Origin: the human T2T-CHM13v2.0 reference genome, Homo sapiens
Assembly: GCF_009914755.1 (NCBI RefSeq)
Contig: NC_060930.1
Direction: 5' to 3' (one strand)
Length of the DNA: 64,000 nucleotides
Below the pieces are notes generated by a model, which did not search any database, was not told the DNA's origin, and saw nothing but the letters and a program-made list of their open reading frames with translations. Made by a program: the position numbers and the translations under genes. Positions 1 through 17,745 of the stretch are shown here, piece after piece (positions within the stretch are counted from its first letter, which is position 1; each line of letters opens with the position of its first letter).

Positions 1-900
<900 letters not shown>

Positions 901-2991
901 AAACACAAATAGAAGAATTGGCTATATTGGATAAAATAAATTACTAAAATTATAAAATTAACACAATTTTTGCTATTTGAAGATCAAATGGCATTTTCCA
1001 TTTAAAGCATTTAGCGCAGTGTCAATCACAAAGTAACAACTCAATAATTAACAACACAGATTTTTGTTTTTATTGCATTATTGTTAATATTATTTTAAAG
1101 TTAAAGAGAAAGGGTTCCACAGATTTTTTTCAAAAATCTTCAAATATATATCAAAGAAGCATTAAGTTATTGGGCGCAAGTTTTTTTTTTTTTATTTAAC
1201 CATTATAATATCTCTTGAATTACCATATACTTTCTATCTGCAGTGGTACATTTCACCACATCTTAGCCCTTGAATATTACGATAGTTCTTTAGTTGGATG
1301 CTAGCTTTACTAACAATCAGCTCACTCTCTACACAACTACCAAAATGATGTTTTTAAAGAAGAATAAGAGTCCAGACATAATTTTGTAGAGTAATTTTAC
1401 CCTGCTCTTATCTGCTAAGTAAAACTATAATCTCTTAGGGGGGAGAAAATACAAAATGAAGTCAAACAATAACTCTAAAAAATAGAAATACAAAGGCACA
1501 CTGGTTAGGAACCCTGGGAGTGGAAAAGCAACATAAGGACAGGGCATCTTACTATCCTTCACTCAGAAGAAGAAAGCAACCCTGGCCAATGCCTAGGAGG
1601 TTCATTCTCTCTTGGATCAAATATGAGTTCTCTCAGCAATACCAGGCAAGTCCAGTACCACTGGTAAAGAGGGTTGATCTGGAGCCACACTAAGAATAAA
1701 TAGCCAGGGGAAGCATGGTCCTTCCCTGAGATGCTAGAGACTACCCTCCCTCACTGAGAGTAGCCAAGTGAACCCGTCACAACAAGCTGCCAGACCTGGA
1801 ACATGACCTCTGTCCTTATAGGCAAGAAAAGCTTTTTCTTTGCCTTGAGGCACTAGGTGATGCAGCATAAGGCAACCCCTCTTGCCCCATTGAGAAGGAC
1901 CAGCAAAGACCAGGGAGAGCTTCAGCCTCACTAAATAAATCAAGCAGACCAAAACAGCGAGGCAAAACTCTAAAAATGAAACTATCTTTGAAACCACAGC
2001 CAAAAAAAAGTGCTGTGGAACTGCATGTTACAACTATACAGGGAGCTGCTTACTATAATAAAATATTTAAATAGGGCCTAAAATCTTCTAATATAATAGC
2101 TAAATGTTCAGGACATAATAAAAAAAGAAAAAAAAATCTCGACACAGCAAGAACCAGGAATATTATAACTTGAATGAGATAAGCAATTTATTGTCGCTGA
2201 CACTTAGTGAATCAGATGTTGGAATTATATGGCAAGAATTTCAAAGCAGTCATCAAAAATTTTTCTAGAAGCAATTACAAATCTCCTTGCAACAACAACA
2301 AAAAATACTTACTAATCTCAGCAAAGAGATAGAGGTTATGAAAAAGAACCAAATGTAAATAATAGAACTGAAAGATCTGATATAAAAATCTAAAAAACTT
2401 GCTGGATAGGTTCAGTAGTAGGTCATAGATAACAGAGGATAGGATCAGTTAACTTGAAAACAATCAATAGAACTTACACAATTTTCACAACAGAGGGGGA
2501 AAAGAGAGAGAGAGAGCACGCAAGAGAGAGCGTGCACAAGAAAGGATGGAAAAATAGAAGAAATAAAATTGCCCCTACTTGCAGATGTCATGATTGTCTT
2601 TGTAGAAAACCCATGGCATCTATAAAAATGCTTCTAGAATGAATACATGAGTTCAGTGTACTTGCAAAATACAAGATCAATACACAAATTCAATCATATT
2701 ACTTGTATAATACCAATGAACTTCAGTAGTCCGAAATTAAAAACATAATACTATTTATAATCAGTCCAGTGAAAATGAAATACTTAGTGAGGTATATACT
2801 TACTGAAACATGTACAGAGTCTATACGTGGAAACTTATTAAATGCTGTTGAAAGAAATCAAAGAAAACCTAAACAAATATAGAAACATAATATGTTCATA
2901 GATTTGAAAATTCAACATTGAAAAAAATGTTAATTCTCCCCAGATAGTTCTGTGGGTTCAATGACAATTACTATCAATATTCCAGTAAGAA

Positions 2992-3284
2992 TTTTTTTTT
3001 TTTTGAGACAGGGTCTTGCTCTGTTGCCCAGGCTGGAGTACAGTGGCATGATATTGGCTCAATGAAACCTCTATCTCCCGGGTTCAAGTGATTCTCCTGC
3101 CTCAGCCTCCCGAGTAGCTAGGATTACAGGCGCCTGCCACCGCACCTGGCTAATTTTTGTATTTTTAGTAGAGACGGGGTTTCACCATATTGGCCAGGCT
3201 GGTCTTGAACTACTGACCTCATGATCCACCTGCCTTGGCCTCCCAAAGTGCTGGAGTTACAAGCATGAGCCACCGTGCCCGGCA
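2992..3284 (-). mobile_element. AluS
   Basis: Full reverse Alu; TSD ccagtaagaattttt on both sides. Confidence 0.95.
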
Positions 3285-4098
3285 CCCAGTAAGAATTTTT
3301 ACAGCATAGACAAGCTCATTATAAAATATATACAGAATAAAACACAGATCTAGAATAGCTTTTTAAAAAATCTTTGTACAGAAGAATAAAACGTGAAATC
3401 ACTCTATTTGATATAAAATCTTATTATAAAGTGACAGTAAACAAGGCAGTGTGATACTGGCAGAGGGATTATAGATTAATGGAACAAAATAGAGAACCCA
3501 GAAATACACCTACGTAAATATACTTAACTAATTTTAGACAAAGGTGCAAAAGCAATTCCAAGAAGGAAATATACCCTTTTCAACAAATAGTACTGAAGCA
3601 GCTGGACATCCATAGGCAAGAAAATAAGCCTTGACCTAAATCTCAAACCTTATACAAAAACTTATTCAAAATCAATCATAGATGTTAGTATAAAAGTATA
3701 AAACTTTTAGAAAAAAACACAGGAGACACTCTTTAAAGTCTAAAGCTAGTGAAGAGTTGTTAGACTTGACATTAAGAGATGATCCATAAAAGGCAAAATT
3801 GATAACATGGACCCCATCAAAATTAAAAATTTTTGCTTTGTGAGAGCTTGCATGAAGAGGATGAAAAGACAAGCTACACAATGGAAGAAAATACAAACCA
3901 CATGTCTGAAAAAGGGCTGCTATTTAGAAGACAGAACGAACTCTCCAAACTCAACAATGAAAAACAATTTAATTAGAAAATGGGCACAAAACATGGATAG
4001 ACACTTCACCTAAGAATATGTACAGATGGCATATATGCACATGAAAAGATATGCAATGTCATCAGCCATTAAGGAAATGCAAATTTAAACCACAGTGA

Positions 4099-4203
4099 GT
4101 GCTTGCTTTAGTAACACATATGCTAAAATACTATACAACATAGGAGATTAGTATGGCTCCTGCACAAGGATGAAACACAAAGTCATAAAGTGTCCCATAT
4201 TTT
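4099..4203 (+). pseudogene. RNU6: Full-length U6 snRNA retropseudogene (5' part of a chimera)
   Basis: gtgcttgctttagtaacacatatgctaaaat...agattagtatggctcctgcacaaggatgaaacacaaagtcataaagtgtcccatatttt aligns end to end with U6 (about 75-80% identity by eye) and ends in four T. Confidence 0.93.
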
Positions 4204-4409
4204 GCGTTCCTTTTCTAATGTTTACAGATAGGAAAACTGAGGCTCCAATAAGTAAAATGACTTCCACAACTAAGAGTCATTTCAGCTTTAAACTATTTCC
4301 AATTCCTCTTCCTCTAACAAACAAACAAAAACCACAATGAGGTATCACTAAGTAACTATCAGAATAGATATGATTAAAATACTGGTAATGATGTGTGACT
4401 ATGATTTAA

Positions 4410-4721
<312 letters not shown>

Positions 4722-5174
4722 TAATTCTATTTCTACAACATTTTGAAATAACATTTTTGAAATGGAGGAAATATTAGTAATTCTCAGAGGTATGAACAGG
4801 GGATGATGATGGGGCAGAGGTGTAGGAACAAGATGAGTGTGGTTATGAAAGCACAACACAAGGGATCTTTGTGGTGTTGGTAAGTATGTTGACTGTAGCC
4901 GTATGTAAGCAAACCTGCGTAAGTATAGTAAAATTGCATAAAACTAAATACATGTTCTTACACATGTGAGTGCAAATAAAACTGGGATAATTTGAATAAT
5001 ATTGCTCTCAGTGTCCATCCCCTAATTGTGATATTATACTGCAGTTTCTGCAGTATGTTACCATTGGGGGGAAACATTGTAAAGCGTACATAAGATCTAC
5101 TTGTATTATTTCTTACAACTAGATGTGAATCTAAAATTATATCAAAATTTAAAAGTTAAATTTTAAAAATTTTA

Positions 5175-5470
5175 CAATGGAATGGAATATTACTGAGCCT
5201 TAAAAAAATGAAGGAAATCCTGTCATTTGCTACAACAGGAATGAACCTGGAGGACATTATGTTAACTTAAATAGCCAGACACAGGATCACACATACTGCG
5301 TGATCTCACTTATATGTGGAAACTAAGCAGAGAGTAGAATGGTGGTTACCCAGGGCTGAGTGGGGGAAGGGAAAAGATGCTGGTCAAAGGGTACAATTTT
5401 CTGTTAGGAGGAGTAAGTTCAGGAGACCTATCATAGAACATGGTGACTACAGTTAATAACAATGTACTGT
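5175..5470 (+). mobile_element. L1MA/MB 3' fragment
   Basis: atggaatattactgagcctt...ggaaatcctgtcatttgctacaacaggaatgaacctggaggacattatg. Confidence 0.8.
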
Positions 5471-6139
5471 ATTCCCCCAAAATAACTATTGCATTTTCCA
5501 TATATGTATTTAAAGAAAATAAGTAATGTATAATAATATAGTCATTAGTTAATGACACATTAAAATATATTTCAATTGAAAGAGAGAGAGACATAAAGAC
5601 AGAGTAATAGTCTTGTCATTAATAGCTCAGCACTATTTTCAGTGGATCTCTGGCATACACAGCAGTTCTCTACCTTTTAACACATCATAAAACATTTAGA
5701 AAATGATATTTATGTGCCACATGAAAGTATACAGAAAGTTACAGCCTAAGGCAACCAGCCATTCTCCTCTAGAAACCTCAATTCCCACCCATCGCAGACT
5801 GAAGAGATTATTATCTAACATACTTGTAATTTTGCATAACCTGAGAAGTTCTCATATAGGCTGAAATTTAAGATCTTTATTTTCTCTCTGGATGAGAAGC
5901 TCCTTACATCTGTGGTCTTCCTACAAGTCCAGCTATACTTTCTTCTTTCTATTTTATGCCTCATACTGGGAGCTCAAATCATAAGAATTTCTTGTAGTTC
6001 TCCAACCCATTAAGCCTCTTGAGTCCTTTCTATTTCTATGCATATTAATTCCTGCCTGGAAGTCTCCTCCTGCCTAGTTCATCTAGCACATCCCTTTCAT
6101 CTCTCTGCTAATGGGATGATGAAAAGTTTTAAAGAGTAA

Positions 6140-8186
<2,047 letters not shown>

Positions 8187-9189
8187 TTTTTTTCCACTGT
8201 ATTCATTTATTTACTTGACAATATCCTGACTGAACTGCAACACTCTTGGATGAAAGAAATACGTATTTTTAATCTTTTTTATCAGAATTTATAAGATATA
8301 ACATAGTAGATAGTCAATACATATTTGTTAAATAAATTCATAAATACTTGGAAGGTATCCAGAAGGATAACATCTTTATAATATTTTTGTTTAATATGTA
8401 GACCTCTTCATTACTGAATGAGAATTGTAAATTGTCTCCACAGAAAATAATGCTTTCATGTAAAATTTGCACACAATTACCTCATTCACGGATTCTCCAT
8501 TTTATCACCTAATGGGCCACCAACTGCTCAAGACTAGACTGTACAAAAAGATCTCCTAAAATGGAAACTGGTTTTCAGTCTGTTGGACAAACTACTAGTA
8601 TGATTTGATATTTACAGATATTTTTACCATGCACTAGTAATGAATAAACTAATACTTTCAGAATTTAGTGGTTGTTTTACACTTAATGTATGAAGATAAC
8701 ATCGTACCAAATTATGCATTATGCATTGAGGAAAACGAAGTCAACCAATATCCAATAAATTAAAAATGTTTCATATTCCAAAATAATCCAATATGTTACA
8801 TTTTGAATGTGCAAACTGTCAAAATATTGTCTCAAGGTGTTTCTTTTATCTCAGATTGATTTTACTCATTTTTATGCTCTGAATATTTTGTTTTCAATAT
8901 ACTAAAAAAGGATAGTACACCATTATTTTTCATTTTAATCATGTGTATGCCTATGTCATGAGCTGGATATAAAAGACATTTTAAGAATTACTAGAAGATG
9001 TTACAAAAGTAATTTGAACATCATTGAAATTTATTTCTACTTTTGATATCAAAGGCCCAGTTGTAAATATCTCATTTTCGCTTCATATTTATGAGGCAAC
9101 TGTGGACAAATTTCAGTTCTTCACCCACAATAGTAAAAAGATTTAGATAAAAGATCTCATTTTTCTCCATGGTTATTTGTTCATTAAAT

Positions 9190-10640
<1,451 letters not shown>

Positions 10641-10913
10641 GATTTGTTCATTTGATTTTTGGTATGATTAACCCCTTAGATTTTATTCTATTTTTTTAAT
10701 CTTCAATTTTAAAACTATCACTATACAAAGATCCAAATTATTTTCTCCAATACAGGATTAATCTTAACCTTTAAGCAGTTCATTTTATATATTGAGGCCA
10801 CAATTTGTTTTGAACATCAATTAAATATACTGCCTAATAATTTATTTTCTATTACCTCCAGCCTAAAATAAAGAATAACATTTTGTCTTTTTTGTTTAAT
10901 AAATCAGTATTAA

Positions 10914-11337
<424 letters not shown>

Positions 11338-12150
11338 ATCCTTAAAGTTTTTATTATTTATTTGAATTTGATTTATTTTTATAGACACTGATTAATTTAT
11401 ATACAAATTTTAAAGCATGTTATTAATCAGGACATAAAACCCAGACTAGAAAATGAAACTAGAAGCATTCACATTATCATTTCAGTTAATTAGGTACCCA
11501 TCCACTGTGGTGTCAAGTTAATTATGTGAAGGTCTACAAAAATATTTATGGGGTTGTAAAATGTTGGGAGACTAATAATATATCTAAATTTCTGACATAG
11601 TATATATCTTTTAAGACTATAGAAAATATTGACTCAGTATATATATTTTGTGCTTGGGTTTGTATTCAATCTTAAATCAGTTATTGCAATAAAAGTCACC
11701 TTTACAAAAAAAGTTCCAAGTTACTTATTCTAAGCAATGTTTTATACAGCAAACTCTCAATATTTTGTAGCCTTTGGATTGCCTGGGGAGTTCATATGCA
11801 GAACATTTTACCTGTATTGGAAATCATATTTAGATCAATGTACTTGTGAAATACATACTTATTGATTTTCTTTTTTTTTAGGTTGACAAAAGTAATAATT
11901 TATACTGACTACAAGCTCAGGGCCCTTTCCTTCCATTACCTTATCTTATTCTCCTAACATCCACATGGAGTGGGTGGTACAAATGGTGTTGCACCTGCTT
12001 CACCCATGAAGAAATAAAAGAAGAAGAACCATAAATAAATTGCCCAAGTTTAGACTAGCAGTTATCTGAATTAAACCAAAGTAAATGTGATTCCAAGTAG
12101 AATGTTTTTTCTGTAACACCATAACCAGAGATGAAGAAAGAATAAAGAAG

Positions 12151-12448
<298 letters not shown>

Positions 12449-12453
12449 CTCTG

Positions 12454-12756
12454 AGCTGGGCACGGTGGCTCATGCCTGTAATCCCAGCACTTTGGAAGGC
12501 CAAGGCAGGTGGATTGCTTGAGGTCAGGAGTTGAAGACCAACCTGATCAACACAGTGAAACCCCATCTCTACTAAAAATATATTTTAAAAAATTAGCTGG
12601 GCATGGTGACAGGCACCTGTAATCCCAGCTACTCAGGAGGCTGAGGCAGGAGAATCCCTTGAACCCAGGAGGCAGAGGTGCAGATCGTGCCACTGCACTC
12701 CAGCCTGGGTAACAGGCAAGACTCTGTCTAAAAAAAAAAAAAAAAAAAAAAACAGA
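12454..12756 (+). mobile_element. AluS inserted at the tail of the preceding Alu
   Basis: Full Alu; TSD aaaact(c/t)tga. Confidence 0.93.
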
Positions 12757-12921
12757 AAAACTTTGAAGGGAGAAAGTCTTCTGTGGTTTTTGCTTCTCTT
12801 TAAAGCAGAGAACTGCTAGCATATATTTGACAATGTGTTTACTATGAATACTCTTAATGTATATATCTATATATACACACTTAAATAGGCTACAAATAAC
12901 ATCAGAATTAATTGATATTCT

Positions 12922-13354
12922 TCATATGGTTTGGGTCTGTGTCCATGCCCAAATGTCATGTTGAATTATAATATCCGGTGTTGGAGATGGGGCCTCCTAG
13001 AAGGTGATTGGATCCTGGGGTGGATTTCTCATGAATGGTTTAGCATCACGACCCTTTGGTGCCATTCTCATGATAGTGAGTGAGTTCTCAGGAGATCTGG
13101 TCATTTAAAAGTTTGTAGCACTTCCCACCTCGCTCTCTTTTGCTCCTGCTGCTGCTCTAGCCATGTGAAGTGCCTGCACTCCTTTCACCTTCTGCCATAA
13201 TTGTAAGTTTCCTGAGGCCTCCCCAGAAGCCAAGGAGATGCCAGCACTATGCTTTCTGTACAGCCTGCGAACTGTGAGCCAATTAAACCTCTTTTCTTTA
13301 TTAATTCCCCAGTCCTAGATATCTCTTATAGCAATGTGAGATGGTACCAATATA
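12922..13354 (+). mobile_element. MST (MSTB-like) MaLR solo LTR
   Basis: atatggtttgggtctgtgtcc...aattaaacctcttttcttt...ttatagcaatgtgaga; 5-bp TSD attct/actct. Confidence 0.85.
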
Positions 13355-13609
13355 ACTCTCCTTACTTCTCTACAGAAGTCCACAGGGGAAAAAATACTTT
13401 CCTTCTCTCAGGTGGGTTCAAAAAGATAATATTCTGCATTGGTGGTAACCAGATATACTTTTTTTGTGAATATTTATTAATTCTAGTGACATTCTCAACA
13501 GGAGATTTGCTATTGTTGTATGATCAGCTAAGCATTCATGTTCAATATAATGTTGTTGGAAGCCCTCAGGGTACATGCCATTGGAAAAATATCAACCTGG
13601 GTTGCAGTG

Positions 13610-16270
13610 TGTATTAGTCTGTTCTCACACTGCTAATAAAGACATACCTGGGACTGGGTAATTTATAAAGAAAAAGAAGTTTAATGGACTCACAGTTTCA
13701 CATGGCTGGAGAGGCCTCACAATCATGGCAGAAGGCGAGGAGGAGCAAAGTCATGTCTTATGTGGCAGCAGGCAAGAGAGAATGAGAACCAAGCAAAAGA
13801 GGAAAACCCTTGATATGGTTTGGCTGTGTCCCCACCAAAATCTCAACTTGAATTGTACCTCCCAGAATTCCCAGTGTTGTGGGAGGTACCCAGGCGGAGG
13901 TAACTGAATCATGGGGACTGGTCTTTCCCATGCTATTCTCATGATAGTGACTAAGTCTCACAAGATCTGATGGGTTTATCAGGAGTTTCGATTTTTGGTT
14001 TTTCCTCATTTTCTCTTGCCACCACCATGTAGGTAGTGCCTTTCACCTTCCACGATGACTATGAGACCTCTCCAGCCATGTGGAATTGTAAGTTAAGTTA
14101 AACTTCCTTTTCTTCCCAGTCTCGGGTATGTCTTTATCAGCAGCATAAAAACAGAATAATACAGTAAATTGGTACCAGTAGAGTGATGTGTTGCTGAAAA
14201 GATACCCGAAAATGTGGAAACGACTTTGGAACTGGATAACAGACTGAGGATGGAACAGCTTGGAGGGCTCAGAAGAAGACAGCAAAATGTGGGAAAGTTT
14301 GGAAGCTCCTAGAGATTTGTTGAATGGCTTTGACAGAAATGGTGATAGTGATATGAACAATAAGGGCCAGGCTGAGGTGGTCTCAGATGGAGATGAGGAA
14401 CTTGCTGGGGACTGGAGCAAAGGTGACTCTTGTTGTGTTTTAGCAAAGAGACAGGTGGCATTTTGCCCCTGCCCTAGAAATTTGTGGAACTTTGAACTTA
14501 AGAGCAATGATTTAGGGTACCTGGTGGAAGAAATTTCTAAACAACAAAGCATTCAAGAGGTGACTTTGGTACTGTTAAAGGCACTTAGTTTTACAGGGGA
14601 AGCAGAGCACAAAAGTTTGGAACATTTGCAGCCTGACTATGTGATAGAAAAGAAAAACCCATCTTCTGGGGAGAAATTCAAGCCAGCTGCAGAAATTTGC
14701 ATAAGTAGCAAGGAGCCTAATGTTAATCTCCAAGACCATGGGAAAATGTAACCAGGCCATGTCAGAGACCTTCATGGCAGCCCCTCCCATCACAGGCCTG
14801 GAGGCCTAGGAGGAAAAAGTGGTTTTGTGGGCTGGGCCCAGGGTCCCCATGCTGTGTGCAGCCTAGGGATTTGGTGCCCTGTGTCCCAGCTGCTCCAGCC
14901 ATGGTTGAAAGGGGCCAACATAGAGCTTGGGCTGTGGCTTCAGAGGGTGGAAGCTCCAAGCCTTGGCAGCTTCCAAGTGGTGCTGAGCCTGTGGGTACAT
15001 AGAAGTCAAGAATTGAGGTTTGGGAACCTCTACCTAGGTTTCAAGATGTATAGAAATGCCTGGATGCCCAGGCAAAAGTTTACTGCAGGAGCAGGGCCCT
15101 CATGGAGAACCTCTGCTAGTGCAGTGTGGAAGGGAAATGTGGGGTCAGAGCCCCCACAGAGAATCCCTACTGGAGCACTGCCTAGTGTAGCTGTGAGAAG
15201 AGAGCCACTGTCCTTCAGACCCCAGAATGGTAGACCCACCAACAGCTTGCACCAATGCACCTGGAAAAGCCACAGACACTTAATGCCAGCCTATTAAGGC
15301 AGCCAGGAGGGAGGCTGTACCATGCAAAACCAAAGGGACGGAGCTGCCCAAGACCATGAGAATCCACCTCTTGCATCAGTGTGACCTGGATGTGAGACCT
15401 ACAGTCAAAGGAGTTCATTTTGGAGCTTTAAAATTTGACTGCTGTACTGGATTTCAGATTTGCATGGGCCCTGTAACCACTTTGTTTTGGCCAATTTCTC
15501 CCATTTGGAATGGCTGAATTTACCCAATACCTGTACCCCCATCGTATCTAGAGAGTAACCAGCTTGCTTTTGATTTTACAGGCTCATAGGTGGAAGAGAC
15601 TTGCCTTGTCTCGGATGAGACTTTGGACTGTGGACTTTGAGTTCATGCTGAAATGAGTTAAAGACTTTGGGGGACTGTTGCAAAGGCATGATTGGTTTTG
15701 AAAAGTGAGGAGATGAGATTTGGAGGGGTTAGAGGTGGAATTATATGGTTTGGCTGTGTCCCTACTAAAACCTCAACTTAAATTATATCTCCCAGAATTC
15801 CTACATGTTGTGGGAGGGATCCAGGGGAAGGTAATTGAATCATGGGGGCTGGTCTTTCCCGTGCCAATCTTGCAATAGTGAATAAGTCTTACAAGATCTG
15901 ATGGGTTTGTCAGGGGTTTCCACTTTTGCTTCTTCCTCATTTTCTCTTGCTGCCACCATGTAAGATGTGCCTTTCACCCTCTGCTATGATTATGAGACCT
16001 CCCCAGCCATGTAGAACTGTAAGTCAAATTAAACCTCCTTTTCTTCCCAGTCTCAGGTATGTCTTTATCAGCAGCATAAAAACGGACTAATACACCGCTT
16101 ATAAAACCATCAAATCTCATGAGACTTATTGACTACTGGGAGAACAGTATGGAGGAAACCACGCTCATGATTCAATTAACTTCCAATCGGGTCCCTCCCA
16201 CAACACATAGGAATTATGGGAGCTACAATTCAAGATGAGGTTTGGGTGGGGACACAGACAAACCATATCA
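13610..16270 (-). mobile_element. THE1B-like solo LTR, split into 13610-13810 and 16095-16270 by a THE1A provirus
   Basis: tgtattagtctgttctcacactgctaataaagacatacc… continues after the insert as cttataaaaccatc…aaaccatatca. Confidence 0.9.
13811..16094 (+). mobile_element. Full-length THE1A MaLR provirus (LTR 13811-14163, internal 14164-15740, LTR 15741-16094)
   Basis: Two ~354-bp direct LTRs with THE1A diagnostics (tctcaacttgaattgta, ggtctttccc); internal region starts gtaaattggtacc; degenerate TSD accct/ccgct. Confidence 0.93.
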
Positions 16271-17599
16271 GAGAAATATGCTGCAATGTCATAGGGATCC
16301 TGTAATCATGTTGAGTCAACACCTTTAGTAAAATATTCTCACATTATTAGGGAGATGGCACTATATATACATAAAAGCTTCTGAAAAGCCAAATTGTTGA
16401 ATTCTTACTTATCTCTTTCATATCAAAGATAGCATTTTATCATGTGCCTAATTTAGAATAATGTGTTGAATCCCTAAATCAGCTTTCCTCTGGAATTAAT
16501 ACCTGAAATCTATTTTTTTTAAGATGCTACATAGTGTTCTATCAGTGCTAGTACCTAACCTGTCAATTCTTATCCAATCAGGTGTATAATAAATTTCTTC
16601 TGTATGCCATAGTTCATTAGGGTTCTGCTAGATCATTGTACCTTTTTGCCACTCATATATAAAGGATATTAACATCATACGGCTGAGCATTTGAATGAAA
16701 GCAGGATGAACCCCCAATAAACCTGAGCTGATAATGATCAGGAGAGAAGAGATTAGTCCCTTTTTATCTTCTGATAGAACAGAGAGAAAGCACTAGAGAC
16801 AGCTTTTGATTGGCCTTGCTAACAAATAAGGAGCAGTGGCATCCAAGCAGCAGCAGTCCATGGGCAGCCCTCAATGTTGCCCTTCCACTAACCCAGGCTC
16901 ACATCCTTCGTGGTTGGTGTGCCTGTTCTGTCAATCCCAGTCCTGGATTATACCAATCTTGTTTCCTTCCACTTCTGCTCTGGCCCCTAAATGGTATTAG
17001 ACCAAATGCAGAAATGACTGGTCAAACTTCCACTGGATTCTTTTATACTCCTGTGCAATTATTTCATATATCATCTGCTAATTTCACACCGTAGTGATTT
17101 CCCAGAACAACTGCTTCCTTGAGTCTCTGGTCTTACTCTCATTTTAGTCCTCTGTCTGAGCTAATGCCTTTAAAATCCATCTGGAGAAAACTTCCAAGTT
17201 TCTCTCACTTCTATCCATCATAATTTTGTTTCTATATTTACCTTTCCCTTTGGACTGAGAAAGATTCCTCATGTTGTTTAAAGCTACCTCACTTGTAATA
17301 AACACTGATTTATTCCTCTCTCCCTTCTTAGATAACTTGTTTTCTCATCACTCCTTCCGTTTTAATTAGTAAAGTTCCTTTCTCTTTGGCATGCAGAGGT
17401 CTCTCCTAACTTAATAACAACAATGAAACCCCTCACTTAATTTACTTGTCTTTTCTATTTAACTATCTTATTTTATTATAAAATGCCTGAAATAGCTACA
17501 TGGTAGAGCTTATTGGGCCTGGACCATAGATCTAAAATCTGAAAAGCCTAAGTTTAAGAATTTATATCATTAATGTAATTATGTTTGCAAATAGTTTTT

Positions 17600-17745
17600 G
17601 AGAAGGAAGAAGAAAATGTTTATATGTGTAAATATAAACACATACACATTTATACACATATCTTCATACATGTATATGTGTAAACATATACAAGTGTAAA
17701 CACATGCACATTTATACACATATAAACATTTTCTTCTTCCTTCTC
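17600..17745. repeat. Perfect 31-bp inverted repeat with an 84-bp TA/CA-rich spacer
   Basis: 17600-17630 gagaaggaagaagaaaatgtttatatgtgta is the exact reverse complement of 17715-17745. Confidence 0.95.

Noticed and set aside
4099-4203. Functional U6 gene
   Set aside because: Heavily diverged including the ACAGAGA box, embedded in L1 with no recognisable PSE/TATA promoter, and bounded by a TSD.
14043-15418. Cluster of 65-169-aa ORFs
   Set aside because: All lie in the THE1A internal region and are broken remnants or antisense frames.
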